DNA from: Deltaproteobacteria bacterium
Lineage (GTDB): Bacteria > Myxococcota_A > UBA9160 > SMWR01
Length of the DNA stretch: 29,791 bases
Direction of reading: 5' to 3'
NCBI GenBank assembly: GCA_032128375.1
Contig: JAQBGU010000040.1
Location: 1-29,791, forward strand
In this document: positions 8,685 through 16,605 of the stretch, piece by piece
How the letters are laid out: each line of letters opens with the position of its first letter
Position numbering within the stretch: the first letter of the stretch is position 1
Position numbers and translations under genes: made by a program
Notes under the pieces: model-generated
Databases searched by the model: none
Told to the model about the DNA's origin: nothing
The model's input: only the letters and a program-made list of their open reading frames with translations

Positions 8685-9703
8685 GTTCCGACCTCGTCCT
8701 TGGCATTGAGAGTTCGTGCGACGAAATGGCCGCCGCGGTGGTGCGCAATGGGCACGAGATCGTGTCGAGCATCGTGCGCGGCCAAGCCGAGGTGCATGCA
8801 CCCTATGGCGGTGTCGTCCCCGAGTTGGCCTCGCGCGACCATGTCCGAACCGTTTCGGAGGTGGTCTCGGCGGCCATAGCCGACGCCGCGATCGCGCTCG
8901 AACAGCTCGACGCCATCGCGGTTACCGCCGGACCTGGGCTGGTTGGATCGCTGCTGGTAGGGCTGTCGTTTGGCAAGGCGCTCGCTTACCGGCTGCGCGT
9001 TCCCATCATCGGTGTCGACCATTTGATGGGGCACCTCGTCTCGGCGGAACTAGCCGACCCTTCGCTGCGCCCGCCGTACATCGGCCTGCTCACTTCCGGT
9101 GGCCACACCGCGTTGTATCGAATCGAACCCGATCGGCCGCCGGAGCGGCTCGGGGAGACTCGTGATGATGCAGTCGGAGAAGCCTTCGACAAGGTCGCGA
9201 AATTGTTGGATCTCGGCTTCCCCGGCGGGCCTGCAGTCTCGCAAGCGGCGTCACGCGGCGATCGCAATGCGATCGCGTTTCCCCGACCGATGTTGAATTC
9301 GCACGAGCTCGATTTCTCGTTCTCAGGTTTGAAGACCGCCGTCGCAATGGAGGTGGAACGCCGTCGCTTGCGCGGCGCTCTGAAGGAGCTGGACGTCTGC
9401 GATGTGGCTGCGTCATTCGAAGCCGCTGCGATCGATGTGCTGGTCGCGAAGGCGCGGCGCGCGATGTCGACCGAGCAGGCACGCAGCATCGCGGTTGTCG
9501 GTGGGGTTGCGGCGAACCAGCATCTGCGCGAGCGGATGGCTGCGGCCGGCGAGGCCGACGGTTTCGTCGTGGTCTTCCCGCCGCCGGCGTTGTGCACCGA
9601 CAATGCGGCCATGATAGCCGCCAGCGGCGCGCGGCTGCTCGCGCAGGGAAAGGAACACGGCCTTTCGCTCAATTCGTTTTCGCGCGGAGAAGGCGCGTTG
9701 TGA
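8681..9703 (+). CDS. tsaD: tRNA N6-adenosine threonylcarbamoyltransferase TsaD (start uncertain: CTG 8681, TTG 8642 or GTG 8633)
   Basis: VLGIESSCDE, YGGVVPELASRDH, GPGLVGSL, HLMGH, SGGHT, DDAVGEAFDK, CTDNAAMIA. Confidence 0.95.
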   Translation: MSSDLVLGIESSCDEMAAAVVRNGHEIVSSIVRGQAEVHAPYGGVVPELASRDHVRTVSEVVSAAIADAAIALEQLDAIAVTAGPGLVGSLLVGLSFGKALAYRLRVPIIGVDHLMGHLVSAELADPSLRPPYIGLLTSGGHTALYRIEPDRPPERLGETRDDAVGEAFDKVAKLLDLGFPGGPAVSQAASRGDRNAIAFPRPMLNSHELDFSFSGLKTAVAMEVERRRLRGALKELDVCDVAASFEAAAIDVLVAKARRAMSTEQARSIAVVGGVAANQHLRERMAAAGEADGFVVVFPPPALCTDNAAMIAASGARLLAQGKEHGLSLNSFSRGEGAL

Positions 9704-10551
9704 GTGCGGGCTCGGTACGAGCGTTGCTCTCGGCTCACGGCCTGCGGGCCCACCGCGATCTGGGGCAGAATTTTCTCGTCGACGATCGGGTCGCAGAGCG
9801 TCTGGTAGAACTGTCTGGCGTTGGAGAACGCGATTGGGTGATCGAGATCGGAACCGGTCTCGGTGCGCTGACGCGCGCGCTGGCCGCGCGCGCAGCGCGA
9901 GTGGTGACGTTGGAAATCGACTCGGGTCTGGTTCGTGCGCTGCGGGCCGAGCGCAATCTGCCCGACAACGTGGAGTTGATTCACGGCGACGCGCTCGAGC
10001 TCGACCTGGCCGCGCTCGTATCGGAAGCGCCGGGCCCGGTTCGCCTCGTTGCGAACTTACCCTACAGCGTGTCGGCTCCGCTGCTGCGCAGATTGCTCGA
10101 CTTACGAGAACGGCTCGAAGGCTGGTCGGTCATGTTGCAGAGCGAGGTTGCAGGTCGTTTGCTGGCCGGGACTGGAACGAGCGACTACGGGTCGCTGTCG
10201 GTCCTGCATCGCTTGACTGTGTCGGTTTCGAGGGCGATGGAACTATCACCGAACTGTTTCTTTCCGGTCCCGAATGTGGATTCGACATTCCTTCGACTCA
10301 CACCGCATCGTGAATCGTCGCTGCAGGCGGGCGAGTTCGAGAACGTCGAGCGCATCGTTCGAGCCGCGTTCGGAAAACGACGCAAAACGCTCGTCAACTC
10401 GCTGCGAAGCGGCGGGTTGGGGGATTCCGTCACAGCGGACGCGATCCGCAAGCTGTTATTCGAGTTGTCGATCGACCCACGGGTTCGGGCTGAACGCGTG
10501 GAGCCAGAACAACACCTCGCGCTGGCTCGCGCGCTCGCGAGCGGAAGATGA
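9700..10551 (+). CDS. rsmA: 16S rRNA adenine dimethyltransferase RsmA/KsgA
   Basis: LGQNFL, VIEIGTGLGALT, VANLPYSV, FFPVPNVDS, AAFGKRRKTL; GTG start overlaps the tsaD stop. Confidence 0.95.
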   Translation: MSAGSVRALLSAHGLRAHRDLGQNFLVDDRVAERLVELSGVGERDWVIEIGTGLGALTRALAARAARVVTLEIDSGLVRALRAERNLPDNVELIHGDALELDLAALVSEAPGPVRLVANLPYSVSAPLLRRLLDLRERLEGWSVMLQSEVAGRLLAGTGTSDYGSLSVLHRLTVSVSRAMELSPNCFFPVPNVDSTFLRLTPHRESSLQAGEFENVERIVRAAFGKRRKTLVNSLRSGGLGDSVTADAIRKLLFELSIDPRVRAERVEPEQHLALARALASGR

Positions 10552-10823
10552 GCCCGGAACAGATCTACGCTGAGTTGCTCGCACTCGCTCGTAGCGCCGG
10601 TTTCGATCTGCGGAAATCTTCCGGGAAGGCGGGCAGAGACTCGGACCTGCCGGTCGCAAGTGGTGTGTGCCGCGTGCGCGGGTCGATCTGGGTGGTCCTT
10701 TCTGCGTCCGAGTCACTCGAAGAGCGCAGCGATGTGCTGGTTGAGGCACTGACCGCGCACGCGAGTTCTCTGTTGGAAGACCGCTACTTGCCGCCTGCGG
10801 TGCGTGCGCGGTTGGGGGTCTGA
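10548..10823 (+). CDS. Small hypothetical protein, translationally coupled to rsmA
   Basis: ATGA overlap with rsmA stop; plausible protein composition (SGVCRVRG, YLPPAVRARL). Confidence 0.7.
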   Translation: MSPEQIYAELLALARSAGFDLRKSSGKAGRDSDLPVASGVCRVRGSIWVVLSASESLEERSDVLVEALTAHASSLLEDRYLPPAVRARLGV

Positions 10824-11044
10824 GACAGCCCAAAGCCCGCGGCGAATACCCCAAAGAAATCGCTTCGGGTTGACACTGCATAATCGCTGGACGAAATTTG
10901 CACGGTCACGAGGGGTCTCGCACCGTGCGATCTCCATCAAGACGAGAACCGGTAGTTCGGATCGAGGGTTTGCAACGCTGACAAAACGCCCTGTGCGCCA
11001 AGCGCCACGGCAGACATAGACACGCCTAGCAACGCCCATAGCAA

Positions 11045-11080
11045 CGCTCGGATCCCGGATCACGAATAGGGACCGAGACG
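11045..11080 (+). ncRNA. pan RNA motif-like hairpin (cis-regulatory leader of panBC)
   Basis: CG-CUCGG-(A)-UCCC...GGGA-CCGAG-(A)-CG stem with one bulged A on each strand, upstream of panB. Both features match the described pan motif. Confidence 0.7.
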
Positions 11081-11193
11081 GGAGAGTGGGAATTGTGGCT
11101 GGATCGAACTCTTGGACTGAGTTCGTGGACCGTGTGTCCCGAACCGCTCGAGGCCAATCTCGAGCAAGCCACTGGGATTCACCTGGCCAACAC

Positions 11194-11231
11194 CGCGCTC
11201 TCCGGATCCTCCGGGCGGCGCGTTTTTGTTT
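11194..11231 (+). terminator. Intrinsic terminator/attenuator in the panB leader
   Basis: CGCGCUCUCCGGA-ucc-UCCGGGCGGCGCG (12 pairs incl. G-U, one C.C mismatch) followed by UUUUUGUUU, ~45 nt before the panB ATG. Confidence 0.8.
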
Positions 11232-11274
11232 CCGCGGCGCCTCTGAGCATGCAGATCCAGAGGGAGACGCCCCC

Positions 11275-12102
11275 ATGTCAACCGTTACCAGAAAAGCCGC
11301 ACGCGAACATCGCGTGACCGTCCCATCGCTCGACCGACGTAAGAAGCGAGCCGAGAAAATCACGATGCTCACCGCGTACGACTTCTCCTTTGCGAGCATC
11401 TTCGACGCAGCCGAGATCGACATCTTGCTGGTCGGCGATTCGCTCGGAAACGTCGTACAGGGCTTGGATTCCACGCTTCCGGTCACGCTCGACGAGGTCG
11501 TCTACCACACGCGGATGGTCGCCCGTGCCGCACGCCGGGCGTTGGTGATTGGCGACATGCCTTTTGGCAGCTACCAGATTTCGCCCGAAGAATCGGTGCG
11601 TAACGCGTTTCGTCTGGTCAAAGACGGTGGCGCGCAAGCCGTGAAGCTCGAAGGGGGCCAACGCGTTTCCGCCACGATCGAGCGCATTGTCGCCGCCGAA
11701 ATTCCGGTGATGGGACACGTCGGATTGACCCCACAGGCCGTCCATCGGATGGGTGGACACCGTGTCCAGGGACGCGGCGCCAAGGGGCGCGCCCGGGTGA
11801 TCGCAGATGCGAGAGCCGTCGAAGACGCCGGAGCGTTTTCGGTCGTACTCGAGGGCGTTCCCGAAGACCTTGCTCGTGAGATTACGGACCTGTTGTCGAT
11901 CCCGACGATCGGCATCGGTGCTGGCGTGCATTGCGACGGGCAGGTGCTGGTGATGCACGACATGCTCGGCCTGACCGATTGGTCGCCGAGCTTTGTGAAG
12001 CAATACGCGAACCTGGGCTCACTCGCATCGCAGGCTGCGCGCAATTTCGCGGAAGAAGTCGCCAATTCGAAATTTCCCGATGAGGCGCACTCGTACCGCT
12101 GA
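11275..12102 (+). CDS. panB: 3-methyl-2-oxobutanoate hydroxymethyltransferase
   Basis: ITMLTAYD, LLVGDSLG, GDMPFGSY, AVKLEGG, MGHVGLTPQ, TIGIGAG..CDGQVLV. Confidence 0.97.
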   Translation: MSTVTRKAAREHRVTVPSLDRRKKRAEKITMLTAYDFSFASIFDAAEIDILLVGDSLGNVVQGLDSTLPVTLDEVVYHTRMVARAARRALVIGDMPFGSYQISPEESVRNAFRLVKDGGAQAVKLEGGQRVSATIERIVAAEIPVMGHVGLTPQAVHRMGGHRVQGRGAKGRARVIADARAVEDAGAFSVVLEGVPEDLAREITDLLSIPTIGIGAGVHCDGQVLVMHDMLGLTDWSPSFVKQYANLGSLASQAARNFAEEVANSKFPDEAHSYR

Positions 12103-12166
12103 CCTTCCGGGATAGGACACTGGGAGCCCTTGGTTTGCGCCCTCGTTTGCGCGCTCGTTTGCGCCA

Positions 12167-13060
12167 ATGCGATTGATCGAGACCGTTGCACAGTTGCAGG
12201 CCGAGGCCGACCGCGAGCGCGCAGCGGGTCGCCGGATTGCGCTGGTTCCGACGATGGGCGCACTTCACGAGGGACACCTGTCGTTGATCGACGAGGCGCG
12301 CAGTCGCGCGGACCGGGTTTTCCTGACGATCTTCGTGAACCCGACGCAGTTCAACGACGCACGCGACCTGGATCAGTATCCGCGCACACTCGAGGCTGAC
12401 CTCAAACTGTGTAATGTACGGGGCGTCGACGTGGTGTTCGCGCCCGGTCCCGACGAGATGTATCCACCTGCGAGCCAGACCTCGGTCGAAGTCAGTGAGC
12501 TCACACTGCCGCTGTGCGGCCGAAGCCGTCCTGGACACTTCCGCGGTGTCACGACCATCGTCGCAAAGCTGCTGTTGGCAGCGAAGCCACACGTGGCGGT
12601 GTTTGGCGAGAAGGACGCCCAGCAGCTGGCGGTGATTCGGCGCATGGTCGCCGACCTGGGGTTCGGTGTGGAGATCGTCGGCGCGCCGATCGTCCGCGAA
12701 AGCGACGGACTCGCGATGTCCAGCCGAAACGTGAACCTCCACCCCGAGGCCCGCCGACAGGCGACTGCGCTGATCGCGGCACTCGAAGCGGCCGACGCGG
12801 CCGTCGACACGGGTGAATGCGATCGCCGCGAGATCCTGAAGCGTGTGACGACCGAGATTGCCAGGGCGCCGCTCGCGACGATCGACTACGCGGAACTGCT
12901 TGACCCGGACACGCTGGAACCCAGTCCGGAAAAGCTCACAGCGCCGGCGCTGCTTGCGCTGGCGATCCTGTTTGCGGCTCCGGTCGGGCAGGGCGGCGCC
13001 ATCGTCCGACTGATCGACAATCGCGTCTTGCACCCACGGACCGGCGACACGAGCCGCTAA
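12167..13060 (+). CDS. panC: Pantoate--beta-alanine ligase
   Basis: VPTMGALHEGH, FVNPTQF, RPGHFRGV, FGEKDAQQ, DGLAMSSRN, RLIDN. Confidence 0.97.
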   Translation: MRLIETVAQLQAEADRERAAGRRIALVPTMGALHEGHLSLIDEARSRADRVFLTIFVNPTQFNDARDLDQYPRTLEADLKLCNVRGVDVVFAPGPDEMYPPASQTSVEVSELTLPLCGRSRPGHFRGVTTIVAKLLLAAKPHVAVFGEKDAQQLAVIRRMVADLGFGVEIVGAPIVRESDGLAMSSRNVNLHPEARRQATALIAALEAADAAVDTGECDRREILKRVTTEIARAPLATIDYAELLDPDTLEPSPEKLTAPALLALAILFAAPVGQGGAIVRLIDNRVLHPRTGDTSR

Positions 13061-13547
13061 CCGGGCACCGCCCGGTACACGGCCAGGGCTTCTGGCCCCG
13101 GCCGACATCGAGGTAGAACTGGCGCAGGCGTTCGGGTTCGGGAACCAGAAGCTCGTCCAATACGCGGCCCGGGCGTGACGAAGCCTGGCCCCAGCGTGAA
13201 GACGTGTTGAGCACCGGCCGGTTGCCGGCCAGCGCTTCAGGTGCCGCCGGCGTATCTGCGAGTTCGTGTGCGACCCGGCTCTCGGGCACGACGTCGGCCC
13301 ATGGCAGCGCCTTTTCGAGCGGGAGGCCCGAGACCGGTCGTTTGCCGGCGTTCAAGTGAACGACGAGCGGACTCGTGCCCTTGCGCACCGCGAAGTCGAC
13401 CGATTGTCGGAGCACAGGGCCACCGCCTTTCGGCTCGCGTTTGACCCCGCTGGCACCGAGCATCGCGAGTAGCCGCCCGGCGTAGGGGCCCGCCACCCAG
13501 GTTGCCAGTTCCAGAATGCGCAACCCGTCGAGCGGTGCAGTCGTCAT
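12936..13547 (-). pseudogene. Truncated, degenerate CaiB/BaiF (family III) CoA-transferase
   Basis: MTTAPLDGLRILELATWVAGPYAGRLLAMLGA...HLNAGKR...WADVV. Canonical ADVIKVE/GDP motifs are decayed. Homology covers well under half of a normal enzyme before the ORF runs antisense into panC. Confidence 0.7.
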
Positions 13548-13687
13548 TCGCCTAGCACCGAGCGCGCAGATTCGGGGAGACTTCGGCCAAAGGCGACCGC
13601 AACCCCATCGGAGCGTGGGAACCCGTTCGGGGAGTCCGACTACAACTGCCAGAGCATCCGGGTTTTGGAGCGGTACCATTGGCACCG

Positions 13688-14164
13688 ATGCGGGAAGACG
13701 GCGAAAAAAAGAAGATCATCGCGAGCAACCGCAAGGCGCGATTCGAGTATGAAATACTCGACACCATCGAGGCGGGGATGGCGCTGCTCGGTACCGAGGT
13801 GAAGGCGCTGCGCGAGGGCAAGGCGAGCCTCGTCGATGCCTACGCGGATATTCGGCGGGGTCAGGTCTACCTGATCAATGCGCATATCGGCGCCTACGAG
13901 CAGGCGGGCCGCGCAAACGCGGCGCCGCTGCGCGAGCGCAAGCTGCTGCTGCACAGACGCGAGATTTCGCGATTGGAAGGCCGGGTCGATGAGCGCGGGC
14001 TCACCATGATCCCGCTTTCGCTGTACTTCATCGGTGGACGAGCAAAGGTCGAGTTGGCGCTCGTGCGCGGCAAGCGTCGCTACGACAAGCGCCAGTCGAT
14101 CCGCAACCGGGAAAACCAGCGCGATTTGGCTCGTGTGATGAGAAACCGGAATCGGAGTTCGTGA
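13688..14164 (+). CDS. smpB: SsrA-binding protein
   Basis: IASNRKARFEY, EAGMALLGTEVKALR, RERKLLLHRREI, GKRRYDKR. Confidence 0.97.
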   Translation: MREDGEKKKIIASNRKARFEYEILDTIEAGMALLGTEVKALREGKASLVDAYADIRRGQVYLINAHIGAYEQAGRANAAPLRERKLLLHRREISRLEGRVDERGLTMIPLSLYFIGGRAKVELALVRGKRRYDKRQSIRNRENQRDLARVMRNRNRSS

Positions 14165-15465
14165 ATTCGGCGTTCAGTACGGCGCCGTTTTTGGCGGTGG
14201 TTTTTTTGTTCGCCGGCTGCGCTGCGCTTCGGTTCGAAGACAGCGCGGAACCGACAACGACCGCCCCGCGCAATTACTGGCCCAGCCGTCGCGACTACGC
14301 AGCGTTTCGGTCTGCACATCCCGAGCTGCACGAACCCAATTATCTGCCCTTCATGGCCCATCGGCTATCCGCTGATGGCCCGCTGGGAGACTACCTTGTT
14401 CTGTGTCGATGGCCGGCGTCCGCGATGCCGCTGCGGCTCTACATCGATTCACCGCTGATCCCCGAGTCACTCCAGGACGAGTTCGACCCGATCGACCCCG
14501 TTCGATACGTCGAAGCGGTCGAGGCAGCGATCGCGAAGTGGGAACGAGAACTCGAAGGGTTCGTGACTTTCGAGCGGGTTCCCGACCCGCACGGCGCCGA
14601 TATCGAACTGATCCTGGTCGCACAGCTGGCACCGGAAGAACGCGACAAACGCAAGCTGGGTGGAGTCTCATTTTCAGACGCCTGCCGGGTCGATGGGAAG
14701 GATCCCGACAGCGAGCGGTTGATCGTGCGCTACCGGGTCGATCGTCTGCGCGTATACCTGGCCGATCGCTACGGTCTGCTGAACCCCGGCCAGGTCGAAT
14801 CCATCGCGCTGCACGAGATCGGACACGCGCTCGGGATGCGCTCCCACAGCCCTATCCCGGCAGATCTGATGTACGAGATCATGCGCGACCGGGCGGTACC
14901 GCAATTGTCGCAGCAAGACGTCAATTCGTTCGTCGCGCTCTACCAGCTGGAGAACGGGACGATCTTCGGACATGTGCCGCCAGGCGGTCGCGATACCGAC
15001 CCGGGTCCACTTCCGCCCAAAGGGCCGCCTGTGCTCTCACTGGCACCGTATGTGGATTCGAGGCTCGGCTTCGACGTGCATCTCCCGGAGGGATGGACGC
15101 GCATGGAAACCGCCCAGGGGATGGTCGCGATCGACGGCGTGGCCTGGGACTACACGGCCTCGTTTCAGGTGATCGTGCACCGCTACCCCACGCTGGAAAG
15201 CTATCTGGAGCGATTCGGCGCCTTCCACCTGTCCCAAGGCGAAGTGGTCGACACCGGATTCACGGAAGTCGCCGGGAAACGGGCTTTTCGAGCGGTGGTA
15301 TTGAACTTCGATGGCCGTTCTGCCGATCAGATTACGTTGATCGAGGTGGGGGATGGTCGGGTCATCGCGGTGATCGCGGACTGTCCGCTCGAGGCATTGG
15401 GTGAGTACCAGGACTGGTTCGAGGCCGCACTGGCATCCCTCGAGATCTGGTCTGAACCGCGATGA
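14161..15465 (+). CDS. Lipoprotein with matrixin/metzincin Zn-peptidase domain and a C-terminal PsbP-like domain
   Basis: Lipobox LFAGC; HEIGHALGMRSHS plus Met-turn ADLMY; C-terminal domain starting YVDSRLGFDVHLPEGW. Confidence 0.8.
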   Translation: MNSAFSTAPFLAVVFLFAGCAALRFEDSAEPTTTAPRNYWPSRRDYAAFRSAHPELHEPNYLPFMAHRLSADGPLGDYLVLCRWPASAMPLRLYIDSPLIPESLQDEFDPIDPVRYVEAVEAAIAKWERELEGFVTFERVPDPHGADIELILVAQLAPEERDKRKLGGVSFSDACRVDGKDPDSERLIVRYRVDRLRVYLADRYGLLNPGQVESIALHEIGHALGMRSHSPIPADLMYEIMRDRAVPQLSQQDVNSFVALYQLENGTIFGHVPPGGRDTDPGPLPPKGPPVLSLAPYVDSRLGFDVHLPEGWTRMETAQGMVAIDGVAWDYTASFQVIVHRYPTLESYLERFGAFHLSQGEVVDTGFTEVAGKRAFRAVVLNFDGRSADQITLIEVGDGRVIAVIADCPLEALGEYQDWFEAALASLEIWSEPR

Positions 15466-15474
15466 GTGCGTGCG

Positions 15475-15873
15475 ATGAAAAATCTGATCACGAAGGCCAT
15501 TTTGCTTCTGCTGGTTGCCGGAGCGGGGTTGTACGCGACGCGCAACTACGGCGGTGAAGTCGCGGTCCTCTACACGACCGACAGCTACGGACACGCGTAT
15601 CAAACCAGCGTGTGGGTGGTCGGCGAAGAATCGAATGTGTGGATTCGCGCGACGACCCCAACGAGTCCCTGGCTCGACCGCATCATCAATCACCCGGATG
15701 TCGAGTTGCGCCGCGGCAAGATCCTGAAGAGCTACAAGGCCACCCCAAGCACGCAGCGACGCGATCGAGTCAACGCGACCATGGCGGAGACCTACGGTTG
15801 GGCGGAATGGCTGCTTGCGAAGGTCGAGGACCGCTCGGAGGCTGTACCCGTGTACCTGGATCCGTTCGGATAG
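15475..15873 (+). CDS. Membrane-anchored hypothetical protein, probable split-barrel (DUF2255/nitroreductase-like) fold
   Basis: N-terminal TM; EVAVLYTTD..G....TSVWVV....VWIRA....PWLDRI...PDVEL pattern. Fold assignment is inference. Confidence 0.65.
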   Translation: MKNLITKAILLLLVAGAGLYATRNYGGEVAVLYTTDSYGHAYQTSVWVVGEESNVWIRATTPTSPWLDRIINHPDVELRRGKILKSYKATPSTQRRDRVNATMAETYGWAEWLLAKVEDRSEAVPVYLDPFG

Positions 15874-16005
15874 CGGGGGGAAACGGGCAGATCGGGCGGG
15901 ATGGGTCGCGGGAACGACCCTTGTGGCGGCTTCCCGCGCAGACCAGGAGCCTATCGGGATCCGACTCGCTACCATGGCAGCCAGCAACAAGTCCACCCGT
16001 GTCAT

Positions 16006-16368
16006 GGGGGCGATCGGTTTCGACGGGTAGTCGAAGGCGAGTGCTGCGTGTCGACATCGTCACAGCTGTCGTAAAACAAGTGGCACGTTTGGTGATTACA
16101 ATTGCCGACGATAATTACGCACTCGCTGCCTAGCTGAAACTAGGTTAGCGACACTCGTCCGGGACGCCTTCTGTCGGGTCGCGAGTGTCATCAGAAGGCT
16201 GGCTTCCGGAACGCTGCTCCTACGAGCCGGAGGCGAGATCAACTGGAGCTAGGTTCGCGTTGCCGGGTCTCCGAGGCGGCGCAATCCGAGATGAATTGGA
16301 GACTACACACGTAGACGCGCTTGTTGGAACCTATGCGGACGCGGGTTCGATTCCCGCCGCCTCCACCA
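16006..16368 (+). ncRNA. ssrA: tmRNA; tag peptide (A)ADDNYALAA encoded at 16104-16133
   Basis: 5' GGGGGCGATCGGTTTCGAC; 3' T-arm GACGCGGGTTCGATTCCCGCCGCCTCCACCA; tag ORF ending YALAA-TAG; smpB nearby. Confidence 0.97.
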
Positions 16369-16378
16369 TTTCGGAATA

Positions 16379-16391
16379 AATCAGATAGTTG
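16379..16391 (+). promoter_or_regulatory. IHF-consensus site next to attL
   Basis: AATCAGATAGTTG fits WATCARNNNNTTR; inverted copy TAACTATCTGATC at 18253-18265. Confidence 0.6.
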
Positions 16392-16605
16392 GCAGCGTAA
16401 GATGCGGGAAACCCCGATCCCGCGTCCGCATTCGATTTCTTCTTGGGAAACAATTCGTTGGGAGTGGGGGCGAAACGCTGGCGCCTCCCGATCGGGTTCG
16501 GGCGTCTAGACGGTGGCGCCATCACGCAAACGGAGCATCAACCAAAGACGGGCGTCGATGATCAACGTGCATCGCTCTCACCATGGCCCGGCCTAGGATG
16601 TGCCG

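Noticed and set aside
11095..11172. tRNA gene in the panB leader
   Set aside because: Cloverleaf-like pairing but no D-loop/T-loop consensus in the right positions and no CCA
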